Origin: Acidobacteriota bacterium
GTDB lineage: Bacteria > Acidobacteriota > UBA6911 > RPQK01 > JAJDTT01
NCBI GenBank assembly: GCA_965217775.1
Contig: CBDCJH010000002.1
Location: 1,792,001-1,856,000, forward strand
DNA length: 64,000 bases
Reading direction: 5' to 3'
The notes under the pieces were generated by a model. That model did no database searches. It was not told the DNA's origin and saw only the letters and a list, made by a program, of their open reading frames with translations. This document shows positions 30,982 through 40,402 of the stretch, piece after piece; the stretch's first letter is position 1; the number at the start of each line of letters is the position of its first letter. The position numbers were made by a program, and so were the translations under genes.

Positions 30982-31452
30982 ATGATCGACGAGCGGAAAC
31001 TAGCGGAACTCCTAATGCGTCCCTACAGACAGCGCATCATGAACAACGTCCACAGGTCGGAATACGTGGAGTGTCTGGTGGCTCTTGCGCTGGAGGACAC
31101 GTGGGAACGCCAAGAGCATTGGTCAGAGTACGATTTTAAACACAAGCGTTCCGGCAAGCGGCTCGAACTCAAACAGTCCGCCGTACGGCAAGCCTGGGAA
31201 CAAGCGGAGCCTTCGCAATCGCGATTCGAATTCAAGCCGCCCGGCACGACGGACATCTACCTCTTCGCTTGGCATGGGCACTGGCGAAACGCCGCCCACA
31301 GCGACATCATGCAGTGGCAGTTTTTCGTTGTCCCGGAACGGGACCTGCCAGAACAAAAGAGCATCGGCGTGAACCCGCTAACGGAGATCGTGGCGCCATG
31401 CACGTTTGAAGAACTGCGGGACGGAGCAGCAAGGGTAGAAGAATCACTCTGA
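30982..31452 (+). CDS. Hypothetical protein, possible PD-(D/E)XK nuclease fold
   Basis: GGAGG RBS; E...YD...LELKQS spacing. Confidence 0.6.
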   Translation: MIDERKLAELLMRPYRQRIMNNVHRSEYVECLVALALEDTWERQEHWSEYDFKHKRSGKRLELKQSAVRQAWEQAEPSQSRFEFKPPGTTDIYLFAWHGHWRNAAHSDIMQWQFFVVPERDLPEQKSIGVNPLTEIVAPCTFEELRDGAARVEESL

Positions 31453-31663
31453 CCTGCCAGCACGAGCGGACCGAGAAAGCTGAATGCCGAGCCCTTTACC
31501 GACGAACGCCTCGGCGAGGAGCTGCGAGTGGTGGCCACTGCCGGATGCCCTGAGTCGCGGTGCCCGTTGCCGTGACCGCCACCCCTTCTCTGAACAATGC
31601 CCGACAACCTGTCCGCGAGCGTCCCTTAACTGAAATTAACGGACGCACGGCGGCTCGGCCCAT

Positions 31664-31801
31664 CAGGTGTCCGGGGACATCCGCCGCTATCAGGATCTGG
31701 GAGTCGACTACCTGGGAGTGGTCCTTTTGACGGAAGATCTGTCCGAAAGTCTGGACCGGATCGAGCGCTTCATGACGACCGTGGCGCCGCTGGTCCAGTG
31801 A
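31664..31801 (+). repeat. Copy 3 of the LLM gene 3' end (likely displaced original end)
   Basis: Open frame QVSGDIRRYQDLGVDYLG...VAPLVQ-stop abutting the convergent aminotransferase. Confidence 0.85.
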
Positions 31802-31802
31802 A

Positions 31803-33023
31803 TCAGACCGACGCGACCGTTTCCCTCCGGCAGATTCCCGCCAAGAGCCCCATCCCCTCCCGAATGACCTGGGGAGGATCGTAGCCGAAACAGAGCCTGG
31901 CGCAGTTGTGACCCGAATTTCCCTCGGGCGACAGGCGAATGCCGGGAAAGATGATAATGCCCTCGTGAAGTGCCTGGTCGGCAACCGCCTGCATGTCGAC
32001 TCCAGGAGCCAAAGTCAGCCAGATGAACAGGCCGCCCTGGGGACGGCTCCAGGAAGCCCCGAAGTCCGACGGCTCTCCGAACCCCTCCTCCAATCCCTCC
32101 AGCATGGCGTCACGCTTGCAGCGGAGGATTCGGTTGGCGGACCGGATGTGCTCTTCCAGGTGGCTCACGGCATAGCGATGAATGGCCAACGCTCCCAACT
32201 GGCTCACTCCGCCGCCACTCTTGATAGCCGAGATCCGGTCCAGGAGCGGTGAGGGTCCGGCCAGATAACCGAGGCGGACGCCTGGCCCAATGATTTTGGA
32301 GAAGGAACCGACGTACACGACCACTCCCTCGGTATCGAGGGAGGCGATGGCCGGCACCGGCTCGCCCTCGTAACGAAGGTCCACGTAGCAATCGTCTTCC
32401 AGGATGGCGATCCCGTGCCGTTGGGCCGTTTCCAACAGGTGCCGCCGCCGCTTCACACTCATGACCCATCCCAGGGGATTCTGGAAAGTCGGAATCGTAT
32501 AGATGAGCTTAACCCTCTTCCCCTCGCCTGCCGCATTTCGGATCGCCTGTTCCAAGGCATCGGGCAGGAATCCTTCCCGGTCGCAGGCCACCCCCCGAAT
32601 ATCCGCGCCGAATCGTCTCAGAATTCCCAGAGTCCCTGGATAGGTGAACTCTTCGGTCAGAACCACCTCGCCCGGGTTCATCAGAGCCTCGATGATCATG
32701 TGATTGGGCTGGCTGGAGCCATCCCCGAGAATGACGTCCTCCGGCGAGACCGAATGACTTCGGTCCCGCGCCAATTTCGCCGCGATGTACTCCCGCAAGG
32801 GCGGATACCCCGAGGGATGGGGGTATTTGGCCAGTCCCCGCCCTTCCTCTTTCAGACCCACCCGAAGGGCCTCGGCCAACTCCGCCAACGGCAGCGAGTC
32901 GGGATCGGGATAGGCCACGCCGAAGTCGTAGGTGGCGCCAGGATGGGCCTGCCGCAGCCCCGGTTGTCGAGGTATGGAGCGGGAATAAACATCGTCTTGG
33001 GCGAACAAGCTTCGTTTCGACAT
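31803..33023 (-). CDS. PLP-dependent class I aminotransferase (2-aminoadipate transaminase-like)
   Basis: IYTIPTFQNPLG, EDDCY, GSFSKIIGPGVRLG. Confidence 0.9.
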   Translation of the reverse strand: MSKRSLFAQDDVYSRSIPRQPGLRQAHPGATYDFGVAYPDPDSLPLAELAEALRVGLKEEGRGLAKYPHPSGYPPLREYIAAKLARDRSHSVSPEDVILGDGSSQPNHMIIEALMNPGEVVLTEEFTYPGTLGILRRFGADIRGVACDREGFLPDALEQAIRNAAGEGKRVKLIYTIPTFQNPLGWVMSVKRRRHLLETAQRHGIAILEDDCYVDLRYEGEPVPAIASLDTEGVVVYVGSFSKIIGPGVRLGYLAGPSPLLDRISAIKSGGGVSQLGALAIHRYAVSHLEEHIRSANRILRCKRDAMLEGLEEGFGEPSDFGASWSRPQGGLFIWLTLAPGVDMQAVADQALHEGIIIFPGIRLSPEGNSGHNCARLCFGYDPPQVIREGMGLLAGICRRETVASV

Positions 33024-33213
33024 GGTTGGATCCTCCCGGCGACCGAGCCGGGGCCGCTTGCGGCGTCCGCTCGCCTCTGCCATTCTGCCAGACCATCGAC
33101 GATTGCCGATGAAATGTCCAGCCCGAATTTCTCACTGGGTCGCTGAGAATATGACGAAGAAGTTAGATTCTTCAGGCGTTTGCACATATTTCGTTGAAGT
33201 ACCCCGGTAAGAA

Positions 33214-35235
33214 ATGCGGGCTGGTAGAAGGTTGACACGGCTTCCTTCCCTCCTGGCCTTGGGAGCCCTCTGCTGCCAACCGGATCTTGCGTCCGAAGTC
33301 CCTGGTTCCTCGCCATACCTGATCTACGAAGAGACCCCGCAAGGGGCCGAGATCGTCCTCGATCCCGAGCGCCGGCCCCGCCGATTCCAGGAGGCCCCGA
33401 TGCTGGCCCGTCTGGTGGCCCAGGGGAAGCTCCCACCGGTGGAAGATCGGCTTCCGGAGAATCCGCTGGTGCTCCATCCCATCGAGTCCATCGGCCGGTA
33501 CGGAGGGACCTTGAAATCCGGCATGATCGCCAAAGGTCTCAACGAAGAGATGAACCGGATGATGGGTATGGAGAAATTTCTCTTCTACGACGCGACCGGG
33601 ACCCGGATCGTTCCCAGCGTGGCCGAGGACTGGCACCAGAGCGAGGATGGGCGCCGCCTCCGAATTCACCTGCGGCGAGGCATGTGCTGGTCCGACGGCC
33701 TCCCCTTCACCGCGGAGGACGTGCGCTTCTATTGGGAAGATATCCAATCCCACCCGGACGTATTTCCCTATCCCGATCCGGACCTGACGGTTAACGGCAA
33801 GACAATGCAGTTCCAGGTCCTGGACCCGCACACGGTGCTCTTCCGGTTCGACGATCCCCATCACCGGCTCGTGGAGATCGTGGCCTCCGCCTTCAGCCGG
33901 TTCGGAGGAAGCGTCTTCGGCGAGTTCCTCTGGGGACCGTACGCACCCGCGCACTATCTCAAGCAGTTCCACCCGAGCTACGTGTCCCCGGAGGATCTCG
34001 ATCGTAAAGTGCGGGAATCCCAGCAGGAAGACTGGGTCGGACTGATGAAGCTCCGGAACAACTATGCCCTGAATACCGAGCTGCCCGTCCTGATGCCCTG
34101 GATGACGGTCCAGGCGCGGGACACCTCGGCGTGGATCCTGGAGCGGAACCCCTATTTCTGGGAGGTGGACACCGAGGGCAACCAGCTTCCCTACATCGAC
34201 CGCTGGGTCCTGACGAAGGCCACGGACCGCGAAGTCGTCAACCTGCGGGCCATCGCCGGCGAATACGACGTCCAGTACCGGTATCTGGACCTTCAGAACC
34301 TGCCCGTCTTTCTGGAGCATGCCGAAGAGGAGAACTACAACGTCTATCTCAACCCCTCCCCGTCAGGGATGCTCTTCGGCTGCTACTTCAATCTGGGATG
34401 GGAGGGGGATCCCGAGATCTCCAGCTTGATTCGGGACGCGAACTTCCGCCGTGCCCTCTCCCTGGGGCTCCGCCGCTCCCAGTTCAGTGACGCCTTTTAC
34501 TTTTCCTTGGCCACCCCCGGCGCCCCCGGACCCAGCCCGGCGCATCCCGAGCACCCGGGTGAGCGCTACCGGACTCTCTGGTCCACCTACGATCCGGACC
34601 GGGCCAATGCCATGCTGGACGACTTGGCACTCCATAAGCGGGACGGCAAAGGATACCGGATGCGAAGCGACGGGCGCGGCCGGTTGCGAATCCAGATTCC
34701 CGCGCCTTCCGATCGCATGGAGATCCTCAAATTCCAAATGCTGGAACAACAACTCGAAGAGCTGGGAATCGCCGTGGACGTTCCCATCCTGGGACGAACC
34801 CTCTGGTGGGAGGAGATGCGGGCCAACCGGGCGCAAATCACCTGCTGGACTCACCCGACCCAATCCGTCTGGGGCAGCCAGCCCCTGTATGTCCTTCCCG
34901 TCAGCCGGATGTCTCCCATCGGTCCCCTCTTCGGCCTCTGGTTTTCCAGCAACGGAAGACTGGGAAGGAAACCCACCGACCCGCAGATTCTCCGGGCCCA
35001 GGAACTCTATCGGCACGGCCGAACCCAGGACATCCGGGAAAGGACCCGGATCGGAAGGGAGATCTGGGCAATCGCCATCCGTGAACAGTGGATGATGAGC
35101 ACCGTGGGGCGGGCGCCCACTTCGGTACGCATCTCCGACCGGCGGCTGGGCAACGTCCCAGCCGGGCTCTGTACCCAAGACGATTGCCGCTTTCCTTCCA
35201 CGGGTCGCCTGGAGACCCTGTATTGGAAGGAGTAA
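33214..35235 (+). CDS. ABC transporter substrate-binding protein (family 5)
   Basis: LPPVEDRLPENP, WSDGLPFTAEDV, ERNPYFWEVDTEGNQLPYID. Confidence 0.9.
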   Translation: MRAGRRLTRLPSLLALGALCCQPDLASEVPGSSPYLIYEETPQGAEIVLDPERRPRRFQEAPMLARLVAQGKLPPVEDRLPENPLVLHPIESIGRYGGTLKSGMIAKGLNEEMNRMMGMEKFLFYDATGTRIVPSVAEDWHQSEDGRRLRIHLRRGMCWSDGLPFTAEDVRFYWEDIQSHPDVFPYPDPDLTVNGKTMQFQVLDPHTVLFRFDDPHHRLVEIVASAFSRFGGSVFGEFLWGPYAPAHYLKQFHPSYVSPEDLDRKVRESQQEDWVGLMKLRNNYALNTELPVLMPWMTVQARDTSAWILERNPYFWEVDTEGNQLPYIDRWVLTKATDREVVNLRAIAGEYDVQYRYLDLQNLPVFLEHAEEENYNVYLNPSPSGMLFGCYFNLGWEGDPEISSLIRDANFRRALSLGLRRSQFSDAFYFSLATPGAPGPSPAHPEHPGERYRTLWSTYDPDRANAMLDDLALHKRDGKGYRMRSDGRGRLRIQIPAPSDRMEILKFQMLEQQLEELGIAVDVPILGRTLWWEEMRANRAQITCWTHPTQSVWGSQPLYVLPVSRMSPIGPLFGLWFSSNGRLGRKPTDPQILRAQELYRHGRTQDIRERTRIGREIWAIAIREQWMMSTVGRAPTSVRISDRRLGNVPAGLCTQDDCRFPSTGRLETLYWKE

Positions 35236-35329
35236 TATTGCGCCTGGGAGCGGCCAACGCCTCCCCCACGGATCCTCTGCAAACCAGCGTCCGGCGCTTG
35301 GATCGCGGGCCCACACGAGAAGACCGATC

Positions 35330-36322
35330 ATGGCTGCCTATCTGCGCCGCCGCCTGCTCCAGGCGACCCTGACGATCTGGGCCGTCAGCATTCTTTCGTT
35401 CGTTCTCATCGAGTTGCCGCCAGGGGATTTCGTCACCTCCTACGTGGACCGGCGCGCCTCCCAGGGAATCCCCCTGCCGCCTGAGGAAATCCAGGTCCTG
35501 AGAGTCCGCTACGGCCTGGACCAACCCGCGGCCCAGCGCTACCTGATCTGGATGGGACGGTTGCTCCGGGGCGACCTGGGCGTCTCCTGGATTCGCGGCC
35601 AGCCGGTTTCGGAGATCATCTCCGATCGTCTCTGGCTGACCATGGCCGTGTCCCTGGCCGCCATCCTCCTCACCTGGGCGGTGGCTCTGCCGGTGGGTGT
35701 CTACTCGGCCATTCGCCAATATTCCGCGGGAGACTACCTGTTCACCCTGCTCTGCTTCGCCGGTGTCGGCGTCCCCAACTTCCTGCTCGGCCTCCTGGTC
35801 ATGTACCTGGGATTCGTCTGGTTCGATGCGGATGTCGGCGGCCTGCTCTCGTCCCAGTACGTGGACGCCCCCTGGAACGCCGCCAAGCTCTGGGACCTGG
35901 CCAAGCATCTGCCGCTGCCGGCCCTGGTGCTGGGACTGGGGGGAACGGCCTACATGATTCGGATCCTTCGGGCCAATCTGCTGGATGAACTCTCCAAGCC
36001 CTACGTTCTCACCGCCCGGGCCAAGGGGCTCTCGGAGGTCCGGCTCCTCCTCAAATACCCCCTGCGCGTCGCCCTGAACCCGTTCGTCAGCACCGCCGGC
36101 TATCTGCTTCCCTATCTCGTCTCGGGCAGCGTGATCGTCTCCATGGTCATGAGCCTTCCCACCGTGGCGCCGGTGTTGTTGTCGGCCCTCATGGACCAGG
36201 ATCTGTATCTGGCCGGGACCCTGGTGCTCCTGCTGGGCGTGCTCACCGTGGTGGGAACGCTGATTTCGGATCTGCTCCTGCTCTGGATCGACCCCAGGAT
36301 CCGGTTCCGGGGACAGTCATGA
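35330..36322 (+). CDS. Opp/Dpp permease B-like
   Basis: LPPGDF, YVLTARAKGL, IDPRIR. Confidence 0.92.
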   Translation: MAAYLRRRLLQATLTIWAVSILSFVLIELPPGDFVTSYVDRRASQGIPLPPEEIQVLRVRYGLDQPAAQRYLIWMGRLLRGDLGVSWIRGQPVSEIISDRLWLTMAVSLAAILLTWAVALPVGVYSAIRQYSAGDYLFTLLCFAGVGVPNFLLGLLVMYLGFVWFDADVGGLLSSQYVDAPWNAAKLWDLAKHLPLPALVLGLGGTAYMIRILRANLLDELSKPYVLTARAKGLSEVRLLLKYPLRVALNPFVSTAGYLLPYLVSGSVIVSMVMSLPTVAPVLLSALMDQDLYLAGTLVLLLGVLTVVGTLISDLLLLWIDPRIRFRGQS

Positions 36323-37431
36323 ATCCGAAGCCGGAGGAGATTGGGGTCCGGCTCGAAACGGCGTCCTCCTGGCAACTGACCTGGAGACGATTCCGCCGGC
36401 ACAAGCTGGCGTTCGTCTCCCTGATCCTCCTGGGATTCCTTTACCTGGTGGTCCTGCTGGCCGATTTCCTGGCCACTGCCGACCCCAACCGAATCGATGC
36501 CAGCCGGGCCTACCTGCCTCCCCAACCCATCCACCTGCGGGACGACAGCGGATTCAACCCCCATGGGCACCCGGTGTCCGGGAAGTGGGACCACCGCATT
36601 TTTCGCCGGGTCCACCGCACCGATCCGGATCGGCGGCTCCCGGTCCGCCTGCTGGTCAGAGGCTACGAATACGACTTTCTGGGTCTGGTTCCGACCGATC
36701 TGCACCTCATCGGCGTCGAGGGTGAAACCCAGGCCCTCTCGCTGCTGGGGACGGACGGACTGGGACGCGATCTGTTCTCCCGCCTGGTCCACGGCACCCG
36801 GACCTCTCTGACCATCGGTCTGGTGGGAGTCATCCTGAGCCTGGTTCTGGGGGTCGTGCTGGGCGGAATCTCCGGGTTCTACGGAGGCGCGGTCGACACC
36901 GTGATCCAGCGAATCATCGAGATCCTGCTCTCCATTCCCACCATTCCCCTGTGGCTGGGCCTGGCCGCCGCCATGCCCCGCGATTGGGGAGTGCTCCGCG
37001 TCTATTTCATTCTCACCGTCATCCTGTCCCTCATCGGATGGACCCGCCTGGGCCGGGAGGTCCGCGGCCGTTTCCTGGTGCTCCGGCAGGAAGACTACGT
37101 CCTGGCCGCCGAACTGATGGGCGCCAGCCGGGCCTCCATCATCCGGCTCCACCTGGTGCCCGCCATCAGCAGTCACGTCATCGCCACCGCGACCCTGGCG
37201 CTCCCGGCGATGATCATCGCCGAGACCTCCCTCAGCTTTCTGGGACTGGGCCTGCGTCCGCCGGCCATCAGTTGGGGAATCCTGCTGCAGGGAGCCCAGC
37301 AGGTGCAGGTCCTGGCGCTGAGGCCCTGGTTGCTGGCTCCCGCGGCTCCGGTCATCGTGGCCATCCTGGCCTTCAATTTCGTGGGAGACGGCCTGCGTGA
37401 CGCCGCGGACCCCTATGCCAGGAGAACCTGA
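36319..37431 (+). CDS. Opp/Dpp permease C-like
   Basis: LLGTDGLGRDLFSR, SFLGLG, GDGLRDAADP. Confidence 0.92.
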   Translation: MNPKPEEIGVRLETASSWQLTWRRFRRHKLAFVSLILLGFLYLVVLLADFLATADPNRIDASRAYLPPQPIHLRDDSGFNPHGHPVSGKWDHRIFRRVHRTDPDRRLPVRLLVRGYEYDFLGLVPTDLHLIGVEGETQALSLLGTDGLGRDLFSRLVHGTRTSLTIGLVGVILSLVLGVVLGGISGFYGGAVDTVIQRIIEILLSIPTIPLWLGLAAAMPRDWGVLRVYFILTVILSLIGWTRLGREVRGRFLVLRQEDYVLAAELMGASRASIIRLHLVPAISSHVIATATLALPAMIIAETSLSFLGLGLRPPAISWGILLQGAQQVQVLALRPWLLAPAAPVIVAILAFNFVGDGLRDAADPYARRT

Positions 37432-37436
37432 CGCTC

Positions 37437-38558
37437 ATGGCTGAGAACCGGATCCTCTCGGTCAGGGACCTGAAGACCCATTTCTTTACTCGGGAAGGAG
37501 TCATACGGGCGGTGGACGGCGTCGGCTTCGACCTCGCCCCCGGACAGGTGCTGGGCATCGTCGGGGAAAGCGGCTGCGGCAAGAGCGTCACCGCCCTGTC
37601 CATCCTGGGCATCGTGGATCACCCGGGACGCATCGTCGACGGTCGAATCCTGCTCCGCCCGGCGCAGGGGGGGCCTCCCGTGGATCTGGCTCGGCTGAAC
37701 CCCAAGGGACGCCGGATCCGATCGATCCGAGGCGGAGAGATCGCCCTCATCTTCCAGGAGCCCATGACCTCGCTGAGTCCGGTGCACACCATCGGCCAGC
37801 AGGTCTCGGAGACCATTCGGCTGCATCGCCGCAGGGGCCGCCGACAGTCCCGGGAACAGGCGGTAGAGGTTCTGCGCTCCGTGGGGATCCCCGATCCCGA
37901 GCGGGGGGCGAAGCTCTATCCGTTCCAACTCAGCGGCGGTCTCCGCCAGCGCGCCCTCATCGCCCAGGCTCTGGCGGGCGAACCCCGGGTCCTCATCGCC
38001 GACGAACCGACGACGGCCCTGGACGTGACCACCCAGGCCCAGATTCTGGATCTGCTCCGGGATCTCCAGGAGCGGAGAGGGATGGCCATCATTCTCATCA
38101 CCCACGACCTGGGGGTCATCGCGGAGATGGCCGACCAGGTCCTGGTGATGTACCTGGGGAAAGGAGTGGAGAGAGCGCCCGTCGATCGCATCTTTCACTC
38201 GCCCGAACACCCCTACACCCGCGCCCTCCTGAACTCCATGCCCGGTCTGGGAGTCACCGCGAAGCAGGCGCTTCCAAGCATCGCCGGCTCCGTGCCGCCC
38301 GCCTTCCGGCGGCCCGCCGGGTGCTCGTTCCATCCCCGTTGCCAGGAGTTCCTGGAGGGGAGCTGCAATCGCACGGTACCGGAACCGGTCATGGTCCGCC
38401 CGGACCATGAGGTGCTCTGCCTGCGCCGGGAGCCGGAAGAACCCGGTCATCCATCTTCGCTGGAGGAACTGTCCGAAAACGGACAGTTTGTGTCGAAACC
38501 GGACACTTTGTCCCGAAATCGGACACCTCACCCCCGAATAAAGAAGGGTAGAGATTGA
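37437..38558 (+). CDS. Opp/Dpp ATPase D-like
   Basis: GESGCGKS, LSGG, IADEPTTALD, HPYT. Confidence 0.92.
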   Translation: MAENRILSVRDLKTHFFTREGVIRAVDGVGFDLAPGQVLGIVGESGCGKSVTALSILGIVDHPGRIVDGRILLRPAQGGPPVDLARLNPKGRRIRSIRGGEIALIFQEPMTSLSPVHTIGQQVSETIRLHRRRGRRQSREQAVEVLRSVGIPDPERGAKLYPFQLSGGLRQRALIAQALAGEPRVLIADEPTTALDVTTQAQILDLLRDLQERRGMAIILITHDLGVIAEMADQVLVMYLGKGVERAPVDRIFHSPEHPYTRALLNSMPGLGVTAKQALPSIAGSVPPAFRRPAGCSFHPRCQEFLEGSCNRTVPEPVMVRPDHEVLCLRREPEEPGHPSSLEELSENGQFVSKPDTLSRNRTPHPRIKKGRD

Positions 38559-39577
38559 GACCTGAGATTTTTCTGGACGTCAGGAACCTGACCAAGCACT
38601 TCCCGGTCCGCTCCGGTCCCTTCCAGCGGCCGAGCGGCAAGGTCCAAGCCGTCACCGACGTCAGTTTCCAGTTGAGCGAGGGGGAGTCCCTGTCGTTGGT
38701 GGGAGAGAGCGGCTGTGGCAAAACCACGTTGGCCCGGACCCTCCTCCGGGGCTACGAAGCGACGGCCGGATCGGCCCGGTTCCGCACCGAGGAGGGCGAG
38801 GTCGTCGACCTGCTGACCCTGCCCCGCCGGCGGCTCAAGCCCTTGCGCCGGCAACTCCAGATGGTCTTCCAGGATCCCTATTCCTCCCTGAATCCCAGGA
38901 TGACGGTCCAGCGGATCATCGATGAGCCCTTGCGGATTCACGGCGAGGCACTGGGAATCACCACTCGGGAGAACCGTCGGGAACGCGTCCGCGAGCTGCT
39001 GGTGCAGGTGGGACTCCGGCCCGAAGCGGCCCGGCGCTATCCCCACGCCTTCAGCGGCGGGGAGCGACAGCGCATCGGCATCGCCCGTACTCTGGCCACA
39101 CAGCCCCGGCTGGTGGTGGCTGACGAGCCGGTCTCCGCCCTCGACGTCTCCGTGCAGGCCCAGATTCTCAACCTGATGCTGGAACTGCAGGAGCGGTTCC
39201 GAATCGCCACCCTGCTCCTCACCCACAACCTGATGGTCGTCCGTCACGTCAGCGACCGGATCGCCGTCATGTACCTGGGGAGAATCATGGAGACGGCCCC
39301 CACCGAAACCCTCTTCGCGAGCCCCGCACACCCCTACACGGCGGCTCTTCTCGACGCCATACCCCGGCCCGACCCCCGGGTCCGGAACCGCTCCAGGATC
39401 CGGCTGAGCGGCGAGGTTCCCAGTCCCCTGAATCCACCCTCCGGGTGCCCGTTCCACCCCCGTTGCGCCCACGCTCAGGATCGATGCCGCAATGAGATGC
39501 CGGCCCTGGAGAAAGTCGCGTCCGGGCACCATGTCCGCTGCCACCTTTGGCAAGAGCTGGACCTGAAAGGAATCTAG
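38555..39577 (+). CDS. Opp/Dpp ATPase F-like
   Basis: [25 protein letters not shown]. Confidence 0.92.
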   Translation: MRPEIFLDVRNLTKHFPVRSGPFQRPSGKVQAVTDVSFQLSEGESLSLVGESGCGKTTLARTLLRGYEATAGSARFRTEEGEVVDLLTLPRRRLKPLRRQLQMVFQDPYSSLNPRMTVQRIIDEPLRIHGEALGITTRENRRERVRELLVQVGLRPEAARRYPHAFSGGERQRIGIARTLATQPRLVVADEPVSALDVSVQAQILNLMLELQERFRIATLLLTHNLMVVRHVSDRIAVMYLGRIMETAPTETLFASPAHPYTAALLDAIPRPDPRVRNRSRIRLSGEVPSPLNPPSGCPFHPRCAHAQDRCRNEMPALEKVASGHHVRCHLWQELDLKGI

Positions 39578-39583
39578 CGGCGG

Positions 39584-39686
39584 AGCGGCGGTTTCCAACC
39601 GCCGAAAAGGAGCGTCGGTTTCCAACCGCCGAACTCCGCTGGAGCAATGCTTAGAGAGGGAACGGGCGACTGGAAATCGCCCTCCG
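39584..39686. repeat. REP-like palindrome cluster
   Basis: CGGTTTCCAACCGCC twice and GGGCGACTGGAAATCGCCC. Confidence 0.75.
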
Positions 39687-39729
39687 AACCGCTCTTCAGT
39701 TTGGGATTTGAGATTTCAGCGAAGCGGTA

Positions 39730-39806
<77 letters not shown>

Positions 39807-39886
39807 ACCGGCTAGACAGCCGAAGTGTAGCAGAACCGCCCCGGAAATGAGAGCGAACCGGCCACGAAAGAAGGGGAATTCGGAGA

Positions 39887-39961
39887 CGTCCCCAACGGGA
39901 TTTGAACCCGTGTTGCCGCCTTGAAAGGGCGGTGTCCTAGGCCAGGCTAGACGATGGGGAC
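39887..39961 (-). tRNA. tRNA-Glu (TTC), CCA not encoded
   Basis: GTCCCCATCGTCTAG...CCGCC-CTTTCAA-GGCGG...GGTTCAAATCC...GGGGACG. Confidence 0.93.
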
Positions 39962-40402
39962 GTCAGATATGAAGCGCGCATTTTAGCAGCCGCTGCCGAG
40001 GCCTGTCCACCGGCCTGACCGATCGAACGTGTCGGAAAAACCGGACACATTGACGTCCCATTGACAGAGACCGAGGGAACGGTGAGGAGGTCGATGGGTA
40101 AAGGATTCGAGGTGGTTCTACAGTGCCCGTTGATGTCGGCTACCTTCAACTCCCCGTCGTAAAGATGGCGCCGGGAAAACCACTCTGGTTGTTTGGTTCG
40201 TGGTCTCTGATGCTCGATCCGGGCCCGCGGTTGCGGTCGCTGACCTTGATCACCAAGCCTCGGCCACAACTGTGCCGATTGCCGAAAGGCTGGTTTCCCG
40301 GTGGCCATCGAAGAAGATACATCCGGTCGGTCCTCTGGCCAGCCCAGTTGTGTGATAAAAATTTTCAGAGATACCCCTTTAGGCGAATTTGTGAGTGACG
40401 CC

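Larger units (their letters stand above)
19905..31663. mobile_element. Degenerate tandem genomic island inserted at the 3' end of the LLM gene
   Basis: Bounded by diverged copies of the LLM 3' end (19770-19904, 27433-27558, 31664-31801); TA system and gene fragments inside; no integrase seen. Confidence 0.65.

Noticed and set aside
21700-31600. Classical integron
   Set aside because: No IntI or other tyrosine recombinase, and no consistent attC stems after the genes.
19770-31801. Diversity-generating retroelement from the duplicated segments
   Set aside because: Differences are not adenine-specific and no reverse transcriptase is present.
33210-33222. Fifth MITE-A end overlapping the ABC start
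   Set aside because: Only 13 bp match, with no internal sequence or partner end.
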